From contig CM119380.1 of NCBI GenBank assembly GCA_051294905.1, forward strand, positions 2,108,001 through 2,172,000: DNA of 64,000 nt, given 5' to 3'. The position numbers and the translations under genes were made by a program. This DNA is from Botryllus schlosseri. Taxonomy: Eukaryota. Below, piece after piece: positions 11,952-23,892 of the stretch. How positions within the stretch are numbered: the stretch's first letter is position 1; every line of letters starts with the position of its first letter. A model generated the notes under the pieces. That model had not been told where the DNA came from and did not search any database. It saw nothing but the letters and a program-made list of their open reading frames with translations.

Positions 11952-12149
11952 AGTGTGTATTTTTGCTCAGAGAAATTTCTGGCAGAACTGGCGCTTGAGG
12001 TAGTTACCGCCTGTGGGCACTGCCGAGCCCTCATTTGGCAGCAGTGTGCATTGCGTCGCGACTTACGACTCGCAACGCGCAACTCGCGATGTTGCGTCGC
12101 GAGTTCAGTGTGCAGAGACCTTTATCCTCATACGTCAGCCTTACCATGT

Positions 12150-13221
12150 AAGAGTGCGCTTTCCTCCTGCGTACGATTAGATCAATGGACAATTTTAGGC
12201 TGATAAGGGCCTTGCGTAAAATATATTGAGGAATAGGCTGATCAAGTGATCACAGGCTTTTGAGTGAAATCCGCAATGCGGTAGTTAGGCTTATGTGTCA
12301 GATCAGCGTACGCCTCTACGATACTCGACCTAATCATCGAGTTTCAACCTCGGGACTTAGCACAGCGTTCGTTCGGTACTAAAATCAAGACATACAGTCC
12401 AAAAAAACTCATGACCGATCTAGGTATTGGGGATCGTTAAAATCAATAGAGAATCAATAGAGACAAATACCGGTTTTTGCGTAAAATCTGTTAGCGATAA
12501 ATATCGAGTAAGCTCTCACAGTTCTGCGATAAACTTGGTAGAGCGTTCGATACTAACATTGAGACTTGGTATACCAAATGTCATGACCGATCTCGGTATG
12601 GAACATCGTCAAAATCAATGGAGACCAATACCCGCTTCTGAGCAAAATCTGTTTGCGATACAAACGGATAAGTACACAGTCAACTTTAGAAACGAAATTA
12701 TTACCCTAAACTTTCAAGTAGCAACCCTGAAACTTGGAGCCGTGTTGAATGCCACCATCACGACATTACATACAAGGTTTCAAGAATTATGTTGCGAAAT
12801 AGCAGCAAAGGTCGACTCAACGCATAGGACGGTAACAGATTTCAGATATACAAATATATATATATATACCATTACATCACACTGGCAGTTGCCTCGGTAA
12901 TTTGATGAATAGGAGTGAGCAGTTTCGCCGTTTCTTTAAAATGTGAGCGGCTTTGAGAGAACCAACAGTGAAAACTTGTTACGATCGTTACCGGTACAAG
13001 CCCCCGCTGGGCATTTACAAAGCGAAGACAGAAGATAATTCGATTTTAGCAGAGACTTAGCTGTGTATGGGCATTTCCTGGCGAAAGCACAAAAATAATG
13101 CGATTTGCGCTGTTTCCGGTATATATTGATTGCTTAGTGTCTATAAATGGTAAATCATTGTTATTGAACAGAATTTCAGGTGGGCCAGTGCCCAGTTGCT
13201 TCATAGGACGAGCCGCCACTG
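12150..13221 (-). mobile_element. Deleted 5' end of the ZMYM1/TTF-type hAT family, paralogous to 38350-40030
   Basis: 12152-12210 matches transposase coding sequence at about 38353-38412; 12230-12870 matches 38950-39660; 12900-13221 matches 39700-40030, and both copies end in ggacgagccgccactg. Confidence 0.8.
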
Positions 13222-13368
13222 TGACTCGTCAGCATGTGGCGTTTGCGTATGTATGTCAGCGTATATCTGCTTGCAACAGCATCTTCAAAGATGTTCACAA
13301 AATGAATTCCGTGGAAAAATCACTTGGGACTTGCATCAACTATACATAACGTCATCTCAATTTTACAG

Positions 13369-13893
13369 AATGCCGAAATGGAAAGTGGGATAATCGTTCA
13401 AATTCCAGGACTCATAAACTTGGGAAATACATGCTGGTTCAGTTCCGTGGGACAGGCATACTCTTATGTCATACGTCGGGTGTCGGGGCCAATGCAAATT
13501 CATCCGGAAGTCACAAATATACTCGTCCCATTGACAAACTTCAAGCCGGTTGCACGTGGAGTACTGATGAATGCTCTTCGAACTGTATGCAACAGACCTA
13601 ATTTGGAATTTGGTAGTCAGCAGGATTGCTTTGGCTTCTTTTGGATGTCACATTTGTCAAAATTATTGAAAGAGCTCGGATTGAAGCACGAATTGGCGTA
13701 TGAAAAGATCACACAATGCGAAACATGCAATACCAATCAAACAGAAACGGGTACCATCAAATGTTCGACGTTGATTGCGGAGTAAAAACGATAGCTGAGG
13801 CATTTGAAATCTTGAAACGACCATGTGGAAACGTGGTTCCATGACGGATACCAATGTCAGTCAAATTCAATGAGACTCCAAGGATACTGACAG
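13369..13893 (+). pseudogene. USP (peptidase C19) deubiquitinase-like pseudogene, 5' part
   Basis: Acceptor ttttacag at about 13368; Cys box GLINLGNTCWFSSVGQA, QQDCFGF, C..C motif, then frameshifted pieces FDVDCGVKTIAEAFE, VETWFHDGYQCQS and KFNETPRILT. Confidence 0.75.
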
Positions 13894-16406
13894 CAGACAT
13901 GGGGTGATTACTTCACGAATGTAATCGATTGCGATTACGATTACTTGTGATTCCCACGATTACGATTACGATTACAGCAAAATCAGGAAGTAGTCGATTA
14001 CGATTACGATTACATTTCAAAAGTAATCACGATTACATTTGTTTTGCTTCTTAAAACTAATTTCAGAAGAGATATTGGAAGACAATATAAGGCTTGCGAT
14101 GAAAAGGTCTAATGAGATAACAACTTTACTTATAAATTATACGTCATTTGCTTGTTACGTCATAATGCGCCCATTGCCTAACTCTATACAGGATTATTCG
14201 TCGCACCCAACGATTTGCATTCTTGCCAGGTACGTAACTGCCACACCCCAAACTCCCCAATAGGACCGGGAGCGAGCTCTAAGGGGACTTAAAAGTATTT
14301 CGTAGATCAACATAAATTGTTATAGAGTATTTTCAAGACAGTTAATTAACTTGAAAATTTTCTTCGAGCTTCGGGATTTATTGTCTCTAAATAGCTTGAT
14401 TTTGAAATGCATACCTCTCCCTCTCAAGAAAAAAAGCAAGCATAATTTATAGGAATAGACATTTCGTGGGCGGTCATTACCCCACCACGACACACCGAAA
14501 GACGTATGCAATTTCGGCCAACATGCAACTCCACAAAGTGTGCTACCATAGAATGACCTTTGTGCCAAAACTTTGGGTATGTGTCCACCATTGTCAGTAG
14601 CCGCGCTCTGTGGTCGTGACGAATAGTCCGGTCCTTCCAATCTGAGCCCCAACAATGCAAATGCCACCCGGGGCACTCACAGAGGAATAAAGACATGACA
14701 GTTTGTGTGTGCGTCCCACGAAAGTTTTTTTATTAGTCTGCTGCGTTTGGGTGACTACAGTATCTTTTGATTATATAAAAGGCGGGCGGTCACTAATTAA
14801 CAACATTCAATGAAGTAATTATAACAACGTACTAGATGCTATAATTATGAATTACGTGCCCCAGCTCTACCGGTAAATCTGAATGAATAGCAACATGATG
14901 CAATTACCAATATTATTGACGAAATTCAGTTATCAACTTGAAAACTGACCACCCTATGGGGCCCCAATACCAGGGGTTGTAATGACTCGAGTCGCGACAT
15001 TTTGGTGACTAGACTTGACTCGAGTCATTTTTTCAAATGCGTAAATGGACTCGACTCGAGTCCATTTTTGTATTGACTCGACTTGCACTCGAGTCATTTT
15101 GTATGACTCGAGAATAGAACGGCCAAGACAGACATTTCATGTAACTTCGAAGAATAGTAAAGTTACCACATTATTTGTATTTCGTCTATCAGTCCTGATA
15201 CTTGGAAATAGGGCCGTAAACTGTGAAAACTGATGAAAATTACTACATGATGAATACGAGCCATTCTATATCACTCGAGCAGAGTTGAAAAAAGTGGGTT
15301 GAACCGGATTGACATGAAAACTGATCTGTGAACATAACGAACGACTTGGACTCGTAGGCCTACTCGAGTCAAACACTATGACTGGGACTCGTCCCTATAC
15401 TAGCTGGCTTGGACTCAGACTTGACTCGGGGGTGAATTGAAAATGACTCGACTTGACTCGAGTCAAAACTATAAAAGTGAGATTGACTTGTGACTTGGTT
15501 ACAACCCTACCAATACTAACGTTGGGAGTGGGGGACGAATTGCTGCTTTGGTCCTGATTGTGCCTACTACCTACGCTAACATGGTGTATAAGCGGATGGC
15601 TATGGCGAAGGTATAAATGTCGAGTGAAGGATTGTGACATAACGATTGGCGCCCGTTTCATGTAGAGTCATATGAGAATAAGATAAAGTGAGCTTAAAAT
15701 TCTTACACTTCAAACCGATACTGAAAGCTGCCGTTACGAGAAACAGCAAAGAACGGCTCGGTTATGATATATATCAGCAGCTGGTGATTTTAACCATCGT
15801 AATGTTTTATTTGACGAGTACAAAATTTCAAATCTTTGTCCGGTGTACGTACAATACATACGTATACTACATAGATAGGCCTACTGCTCGCCAAGCATCA
15901 ACGGTCAAACTGCGTTCAACTGAGAATAAGTTACTATTTGAAACTAGGCAGAGTGGTGATTATTATCTTGCTGCGAGGTAGTGGCGTCTTGAGTGTATTG
16001 ATAACCTGATATACAGCATGGCTTACACTCTTCTAACAATCACACAACAATGTACAGCGAATATATATTTACTACATGTGGATACTTCTTACGCAAGGAC
16101 GAGCAAGGCTAATACTTCTGACGTAATAATGAGCAGTGGCGTTTGAAAATCAACCGTTTGCGCTATCCATAACCTGGTATAACATCTCTTCCTTGTTCAC
16201 GAATATTCGGTCATGTCATACTCATTGTGCAAATAAAAAGTAATCGTTCTTTCACTAATAAATCGATTAGATATGTGAAGTAGTCGATTACGATTACGAT
16301 TACTTTGGATTTTTTTCTAATGTAATAGATTGCGATTACGATTACTTGAAAATGCTGTAATCGTCGTAATCGATTACGATTACTAATCGCGATTACCCCA
16401 TGTCTG
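13894..16406. mobile_element. hAT-type non-autonomous element with (CGATTA)n subterminal arrays
   Basis: TIRs cagacatggggt(g/a)at; exact 8-bp TSD actgacag (13886-13893 and 16407-16414); CGATTA arrays at about 13920-14040 and 16280-16395. Confidence 0.92.
14971..15509. mobile_element. hAT-type MITE with GACTCGAGTC subterminal repeats (nested)
   Basis: Termini caggggttgtaa / ttacaacccta; ccaatac flanks both ends. Related to 55439-57476 in the opposite orientation. Confidence 0.75.
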
Positions 16407-16560
16407 ACTGACAGTGCGCCTTAACCGTCTCAGCGAACTTTTGGTCTCCACTCTGAGGCGGGGAGCAAATGCAGTTCCGCGACTGATATCGAAAAAAATA
16501 CCTTCAATTTTGGTGAACTCCAGACATTGCTCTGCAAGAATACCTTACTGATGGTAACTA
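16407..16560 (+). pseudogene. USP-like pseudogene, continuation after the MITE
   Basis: Removing 13894-16406 plus one TSD copy restores V-K-F-N-E-T-P-R-I-L-T-V-R-L-N-R, matching the USP F...P.VL.I.LKRF box. No His box was recognised. Confidence 0.6.
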
Positions 16561-16854
16561 GGTTAGGAGAGCTCATGTCCAATCAAACCATTTTTTATCT
16601 GTTCACATAATATATATCGTTGGACTGGCAAGTCTAGTATGCTTGATGTTTTAGCAGATAAATGTGATGACATGGTTGACCTTATAATATTGTCTATTCT
16701 TGAATGGTAGCGGTGGTAAATGATTTATATTTTCTTGGACTCTTGGCAGACATTTTAGAGTGCTACCAGTCATATTGCAAGGTGTCAGCTGTCTGTATTT
16801 GGTTATCGAATTGATGATTTTTTTTCTGTGGTCTTGTAATCAAACCTCACATCT

Positions 16855-16999
16855 GGCTGCAACTATCCGGAAATATCCGTATTAAAAGTTACAACTATAC
16901 GACAATATCCGAAAAAAAACTGTGGTAATATCCGACTGCCACAAAATATGCCCATATCCGGTCCGAACGCTATCCGAGTTCGTCCGATGCTCGTCACTG
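16855..16999. repeat. Orphan MITE end with ATATCCG repeats
   Basis: Clustered (a)tatccg motifs ending in ctcgtcactg (a hAT-like terminus); no partner end found. Confidence 0.45.
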
Positions 17000-18199
17000 C
17001 TGTACACTCACTACTCTGTTGATTAAGTCCCAATTACGAAACTAGGAACAGTGATATCTAACATCATTAAGGTGTACCATACCAAATTTCGTCACCCATT
17101 TTACGATGGAACACCTTCAAAACCAACGCCGTACGACAGGGGTCGGCAACTTTTTACTAGTCGCGGGCCACATTTCGAGTGCACAACGTTTTGGCGGGCC
17201 GGAATTTTTCTTAATACTATAATTAACGCTCACGTCGGTGTATTACCCTACAATGCTGCAATCTCAATCATACAAATCACAAAAAGAGCAAAACACACGT
17301 ATTTAAACTTCAATAACGCAGGATAAATGTGACACTTGGCGCAGCTTGCTTTACGAAAGGTTTTCAACTTCTGGTAACGAGTCAGAGGAAGCAAGAATCA
17401 GACCATATTCTACATGGGCGTTGGAATACGTGATCTTAGCTTGCTCTTCGTGAATTTCATTGTTGAAAACTATTGTTCACATGCGTGCGTGCTACCAAAA
17501 CTCGATGCTTTTCTTCTGCATTGTTGGTCAAGCTCGGATGAAGATCCATTTCCAGAACGTACTCTTTGTTAAAGTCATTCGGCGATATGCTCTTTGTATG
17601 AAATTTGTCATTCAATTCAACTGCATCGCATTTCAAATGGGCCGATTTGAAATTTTGTGGCAATGGTATTGGCGTCCACATTAAACGGAGTACTGAGTAG
17701 TCAGAATTAATTTTTTACAGAACGAATGTCGGAAAAGCGGGTGGGAATTCAGTAATTAAATTTAGTATATCACAGTTACAAATTTTTAGTGCTGGTACTA
17801 GGTTTAGGCCTACTCTCCTCCAGTATAGGAAAGTGAGCATATAATTTCCTTTGTATTGTTGACTTTCCCAGAGTCACAGTTTTGTTTCGAATGCGTCTCA
17901 ACATCTCATGTATTTAGTTGTTTCCCTCTGAAGTTGCAAATTCAATTTGTTTTGATGTGACGTTAAATGTACTACGAAAGCAAGATTAGATACCCATTTT
18001 CGATGACAAGATTATGAGTCGGCGATGTTTGGTTCTCAAATAGTCCTCAACTAAGTATTTTCTTGGACATAACTCCTCTTCAAATTACCAATCAATGCGT
18101 CAATAATGTACTTTATCAGCATTTTATGGCATAATAATGTCAAAGGAAGAAACAGGAACATAACAAATGAAACGAGTGAGACTAAATAATGTCAAACTA

Positions 18200-20010
18200 A
18201 GAAACAGGAACACAAGAAATGAAACGAGTGAAAGAAACTGAAAAACTCAGTCACTCCCTTCACTAGTGCATGCCACCGGAAGGGTTTTGTAAAAGGAGTG
18301 CAAGTTTGGAGGAACCAAATTTTTATCACAGAGTTTAGACAAGTCTTTGTATTTGTCTGCCGGAATCCCTGGTCTCTCCTGATACAGCAGCGGTAGAACT
18401 GTGGCATTTGACCTAGTTGCTGGTCTTGAACTGGACAGCTGCAATTTTTGGAACGAGGGCTCACTAACTATACTTGAAAAAAAACTGTTGAATTGGAACC
18501 CTTCAAAAATTTCATTTACATCACTTTTGACCAGTAAATTTTTTCACCGGCATTTTTCCCAGCATCAATGATGGATTTGCTCTGCCAAATTGAGGCATAC
18601 TGCGGAAAACCCAGTGGTGACTTGAAGTAAATAACGTCACTGTAATTAAAGGCATTGACTTCAGGTGAATTCTTCTTAAATGCCATTTTTATTGCCATTT
18701 CCCATTGTTTTGTGGTAAATATGCACTTTCCTCTGGTGGCGTTTTCGATGACAGAGTGTGCATTGTCATATTCACTTTGTGAATGTCCAATTACCATGAA
18801 ATTTAAAGTTATCCCTACAAATTCAAAAACAGTAGAAACATGGGCATAGCATTACAACAACCGTTCTGTTATTATTGCCCCCCCCCCGCACCGGTCACAG
18901 AATAAATCAACAGATTTCTTTCTTGTGTCATTCAATGACTTCAAGTGCACACAAACTGCGGTAGCAACCTCACAGGATCCTTTTTTGGCCTCAGTTTCAT
19001 TCCATAGGAAGCATGTCGTTTTCATTGAATTTATATAATAGGCTTACCATATTTTGGAAATCAAAAAAGAGGACACTTTTTCAGAAATTTGCAGCTTGCA
19101 AAACTGGAGTAAAATTCTGAAAAACCGGTTAATTTTTCCCACTTTGTGATCGGTTGACTAAAAAAAAAAAAGGTCATCACTTCTGCTCGGAGCTCAAGAT
19201 AACGTTTTTTACTCCACATTGCCGGGTGGATGACTGAAAAAAAAAAAAATAAAAGGTCATCACTTCTGCTCAGAGCTAAACTCACCGTTTTTCACTCCGA
19301 AATACCCGCTGGAGCTTCACTTCTGTGCTAATATGCGGCATATCACTCGCAATTTGCTCTAAATCTGCCTAAATTTTCAAAAAAGAGGACAAAATCTCAA
19401 AAAAGAGGACAAAAGGGCGTCCTCCGAGGATACTTTCAAAAAAGTCAAAAAAGAGGACAAATCCTCTTAAAAGAGGACGTATGGTAAGCCTATATATAAG
19501 TTATTGTGAAGTTATAATTCCGCAGTCTTTTGGAATAATAGAATGATGACACAAATATACCCCCTCTCCTTCAATAAGACCATCTGTCTGTTTTGACGAA
19601 CAAGGCTCATCTACCAGAAACACATCTTTCCACTTGCTGCCAATTTTCTTCTTTTCATTTTCGGGATCATAATCTGAATCGCTTCCCGCTGCAGAGTCAC
19701 TTAATTCAATCTCCTCAGAGTCAGAGTCACTGCCTCTGTTTACAGCACCACCAGAACAAGATGGCTCAACTGCAACTCCTCCTTTTCTATCTGTGATTCC
19801 TTCTAGAAACAACTTCTCACTTGCTATTTAGATCCCAAAGCTTTTATTACTGTTCCTTGTATTCTTGCATCCCTCCAATTATCTTCAAAATGCATATAAG
19901 ACCATCTGTCAGTGTCAAACTGGTTTTTCTCATCAAATTGCCAGGCTTCCGTTGGCACCCTTGAATTTATTCTAATTCGATTCATTCTGCCACTTTTCAA
20001 CCACAAGTAC
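18200..20010 (-). pseudogene. Sola1-type DDD transposase remnant nested in the Charlie element
   Basis: CFLWNETEAKKGSCEVAT..VDLFCDRCGG(Q)NNN (about 19010-18870, with a frameshift in a G run), then FMVIGHSQSEYDNAHSVIE and W..AIKMA; acidic N-terminal block at 19500-19812. Confidence 0.7.
19039..19492. mobile_element. hAT-type MITE (TAGGCTTACCATA termini), copy 1
   Basis: Perfect 13-bp TIR; tatataa flanks both ends; AAAAGAGGAC repeats. Interrupts the Sola1 remnant. Confidence 0.85.
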
Positions 20011-21427
20011 TGGGAATTACCATAATATATCCCTGTAATCTTGATAGGAATCTAGTAAAAACATCAAGATATGAGTAACATCTAAATTTCAACACAAGTA
20101 TTATTATCTCATCTCTCACTGTTAATTTACCAGTACTCTGAATTATGGCATCTCACACTGTTCATCTCTGAATTTTGGCAGAGCATATTCGAGAACATGC
20201 ATTAACCTAACTAAAAAGGTAATGACATCCTGAGAGATACTATAGAACACTCGAATGACACATGGCAGGATCTTCCCGCCACTTTACTTACATGCAATGA
20301 TTGACATAAAGCCTCACAGGCGTACATGAAACCTTAGTCAAGTGGAAGGTCAAAGAGGTTTATGTACATAATTTGGACATAACCCAGTTTGGTTTTCAAT
20401 TTGCCTTGAAAATCCATGTGTATATGTCCACTTGACCATTGATCAACACTACCTAGAAGCATGAAACCCGGCTAAAAAGAAAGACCTATGTCCAAATAGT
20501 AATAGAAACCAAACAAGTCAAAATCACCAAAAGTGGACATTGGACAGTTTGGTTTTCCAGCGACGATATACAAGACATCGCCATATTGATGCTCTGCTTC
20601 TAGCAATATCTGAGGTAGGCTAACTTTTGTTGATTCAGTTTGTGAGACAAAATCAGCTTTCACCATTGTGTCCAAAACACTACTCAGGTTTGTTGTCTTG
20701 GCGTAAAATGTCTTCTGGTGAATTAAACTACAGATGACTAACATACGGAGGCTAGTTATCTATGATGAAACTGAGAAAGTTGGAGATTTTGTCATTGCGT
20801 CTGAGTAGAGGAACGGCACCTTTATTGTCGCACCCTATCTGAGAGGCAGACCCTTAAAAAAGTATGGTATACCTTCGGTTGCGCGATACACCCGCTTGAT
20901 AAGCACTGGTCTAATATACTCTACAGACATTCTCCATCTACTTTTAGTACGAGATAGGCTACTAGTCGACCGCCTTCGCACCAGTTTTATGGCGTAGCAA
21001 TAGACTACTACGACGTAGGATACTTTATATCGGAGCAATGCCGCATTCTTTCCAAGCAGTGCTGCTCTGCAGATTGGAACTGATTAGGAAACGGCGGGCC
21101 GTATTCTTGTGATAACTAATTATTTCGTCACGGGCCGGACGATTTCGCTTGGCGGGCCGGATCCGGACCGCGGGCCGTAGGTTGCCGACCCTTGCCGTAC
21201 GATATCGACTATTCCGTTAATTCTGTTTGCGGTAGCATAGCACGCACCTATACATACTCAAATTTAAAGCACGCACCTATACATACTCAAATTTAATAAC
21301 GGGATTATCATGCTAAATATTGAGTCCCCACCATGAAACTTGGTACGCGGTTGTATGACATTTTGCTAACGCCGTCCAACATCAACTTTTGCGTGAAATC
21401 AGTTTTGCGGGAGCCTAGCACGCACCT

Positions 21428-23892
21428 TAGGGTTGTTCAGAATTGATCGACTTTCAAAATGTCGTGGTTTTCAGTTCGATTCCCATGCCTTATACCATAA
21501 AAACATATTCTAGGTACTTTTTTTCGTAATTCATCCCTTGCATCCGTGTGCACATTGAGCTGGAAGAATATCGGCTAAAAATAGGGGATTCCCCTAAAAT
21601 TTGAGTGTCGTTATTTGGACTAGGCTAGTAAAACGTCACATATAAGCTGGTTTTATGTAGCTATTGCGGTTGGAGTGCTACATAACCTCACTATAGAAAG
21701 TATTGTCAGTTCAGGACACCATTTACATGTCCCACACTGCCTTAGAACTCCTCAAAACTGCCTAAGACTGATAGTCATTTTGTTGGATCACCTATCCTAC
21801 ACTCCTCAACCCTACCCGAGATTGTTCATCAATTGCCGGGATCACCACGTGCAAGAATACAACTGTAAATGTATCATTCACTCACAGCCACATTATAAAC
21901 ATCACATTGTTCAAAGGAAACGAAACAAAAAGGCAAAGAAACAGATCAACTTGGCAAATACTACTTAAATCAGGTCCGGATGAAATGGTTGCTTTAGAGA
22001 AATCGGCATATCTGTTCCCGTTATCTTCCACGGCTTGTAAGAGGCTCGCTCGCTGTTCTTTGTCATCTGTTTTGAAAGCATCAACGTCGGTATTCAATTT
22101 CACCAAACGCTCTGCTGCGCCGTTAACTATTTCAACGCTACTCACAAATTCTTGAACAGTCACGAAATGCGAATCAGTATGCCATTCCAAAACTGGAAGA
22201 CTAAACCAATCATGTTCGACATGTATAGCATTGAATAGAAACCATGATTCCGGTTCAATTAAAGCAACCATACTCATTGACTCAGAGACAGAGTCAGAGA
22301 TTAGACTCAGAGGTATAGCCTACCTCTGCGAAATTGTTCAAGGATTGGCATTTGAAGCAATTTAGCAGTCATCGCTTCCTTCACTTTGTCAGGAATCTTT
22401 GGTTTAGCCGAGAACATTGTTTATACCACCGTTTCCTCGGTGAGATGCCAATGATGTTCTCGCATATTTTTATATGCCACATCAGCAACTGTGAAATCGC
22501 ACAATGAAAAGTCTGTCATGCCATGAAGGAATTTGAGATCAATATACTGTGCGTCACATGCATTACCAGTTTTCAACCAAGCTGGGACATAAAACATGGC
22601 AACTTTCAAATGAACTCTTCAGAATAGCCCATTTGCTATCTCCACATGAAAATTTTTGACAGTACAGCACTTGACTCATCCATCCAGTGCTATAGTAGCA
22701 CCAGGCTTGCGAAAACGATTATCAATATATTGGGCAGCTACAATCGCCAAGGTGCATGTTGCACATTCTTTCTAGTCATTTATTATCAAGACTTCTTTCT
22801 GCTTTCCATTATATGGCTTCATCAGTGGAATTATTTCTTGCTTAGCTTCATCAGCTTTGATCGCCAACCAGCTGCATTCATCAAACTGAAGTGTTTTAGA
22901 GCTTCTTAATTGATCAATATCTTTCCACTTCTTGGAAGGTATTAAAATCTGTGTTTTCAGGGCCTGTGGTCGCAGATCCAAACACACTTCACTTTCAGAC
23001 CTCCCCGGATGACTAGTTCATAAATATGATGGCGACAAGCAGAAGTAGAAAGTAGAAAACTTTCCTGTTTATCAATTCTTCAAGTAACAGAACCGCACCT
23101 TTATTTTTTCCATTGTTTGAGGGTGTTGTGTCAAACACAAGAGCTCTGACATTATTTGTTAAATTATAAAGTTCCAGCAGTTCAAATGACAGATCAGCCT
23201 GTGCTTTTCCTGTAGCACTCTCCAGAGTTCGATTGCCAAGAAGTTTGCCTTTCTCAAATGCGTTGGAATACGCAGACCATGCCAGCACTGCCAAGGCCTC
23301 AAATTCCCCTCCGAAACGACTTCTAGTGAGCTTTGCATCCCAGATTCCCAGTGCAATGCAATGTGCCAAGTCGATCTGTTTCTTTGTCTTTTTCTTTCGT
23401 TTCCTTTGGACAATGTGATGTTTATAATGTGGCTGTGAGTGAATGATACATTTACAGTTGTATTCTTGCACGTGATGATCCCGGCAATTGATGAACAATC
23501 TCGGGTAGGGTTGAGGAGTTTGGGATAGGTGATCCAACAAAATGACTATCAGTCTTAGGCAGTTTTGAGGAGTTCTAAGGCAGTGTGGGACATGTAAATG
23601 GTGTCCTGAACTGACAATACTTTCTATAGTGAGGTTATGTAGCACTCCAACAGCAATAGCTACATAAAACCAGCTTATATATGACGTTTTACTAGCCTAG
23701 TCCGAATAGCGACACTCAAATTTTAGGGGAATCCCCTATTTTTAGCCGATATTCTTCCAGATCAATGTGCACACGGATGCAAGGGATGAATTACGAAAAA
23801 AGTACCTAGAATATGTTTTTTCTGGTATAAGGCATGGGAATCGAACTGAAAACCACGACATTTTGAAAGTCGATCAATTCTGAACAACCCTA
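21428..23892 (-). mobile_element. hATm-type element with about 530-bp inverted terminal duplication
   Basis: Termini tagggttgttcagaattgatcgac; 21428-~21955 is a near-identical inverted copy of ~23365-23892; degenerate TSD acgcacct / a(gt)cgcacct. The flanking repeat unit gcacgcacct^atacatac is continuous across the insertion. Confidence 0.85.
21960..23365 (-). pseudogene. hATm transposase remnant
   Basis: WDAKL, KLLG..TGKAQA, VFDTTPSNNGKNKGA, ACRHHIYELV, PGA..WM, FYVPAW, HHWHLTEETV, VNGAAERLVKL, with multiple frameshifts. Confidence 0.85.

Larger units (their letters stand above)
1300..12121 (+). mobile_element. PIF/Harbinger element A (10.8 kb including nested insertions)
   Basis: 26-bp TIRs aggcctctgcacactgagctcgcgac (1300-1325) and gtcgcgagttcagtgtgcagagacct (12096-12121), 2 mismatches. 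TTA TSD at 1297-1299 and 12122-12124. Encloses a Harbinger transposase and a MADF gene. Confidence 0.85.
17385..20750 (-). pseudogene. Remnants of a Charlie/GTF2IRD2-like hAT transposase (two blocks: about 20470-20750 and 17385-17690)
   Basis: CSLIHQ..AK..L..V..MVK..QYGDVLY in the upstream block and FGSTHACEQ*FSTMKFTKSKLRSRI in the dimerisation domain block. Confidence 0.75.
17137..21194 (-). mobile_element. Charlie/Buster-type hAT element, internally deleted, with nested insertions
   Basis: TIRs caggggtcggcaac / gttgccgacccttg; exact TSD ccgtacga (17129-17136 and 21195-21202), of the nnnTAnnn type; GCGGGCC subterminal repeats. Confidence 0.92.

Noticed and set aside
13900-16400. CRISPR-like or iteron-like arrays (CGATTA, GACTCGAGTC; also at 55460-57470)
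   Set aside because: These are irregularly spaced 6-10-bp words next to TIRs and TSDs, i.e. transposon subterminal repeats. There are no cas genes and the context is eukaryotic.
21675-23645. Duplicated novel gene (ORFs 21675-21968 and 23013-23645 share an N-terminus)
   Set aside because: The shared sequence is simply the inverted terminal duplication of the hATm element; only the part below about 23365 is recognisable transposase.
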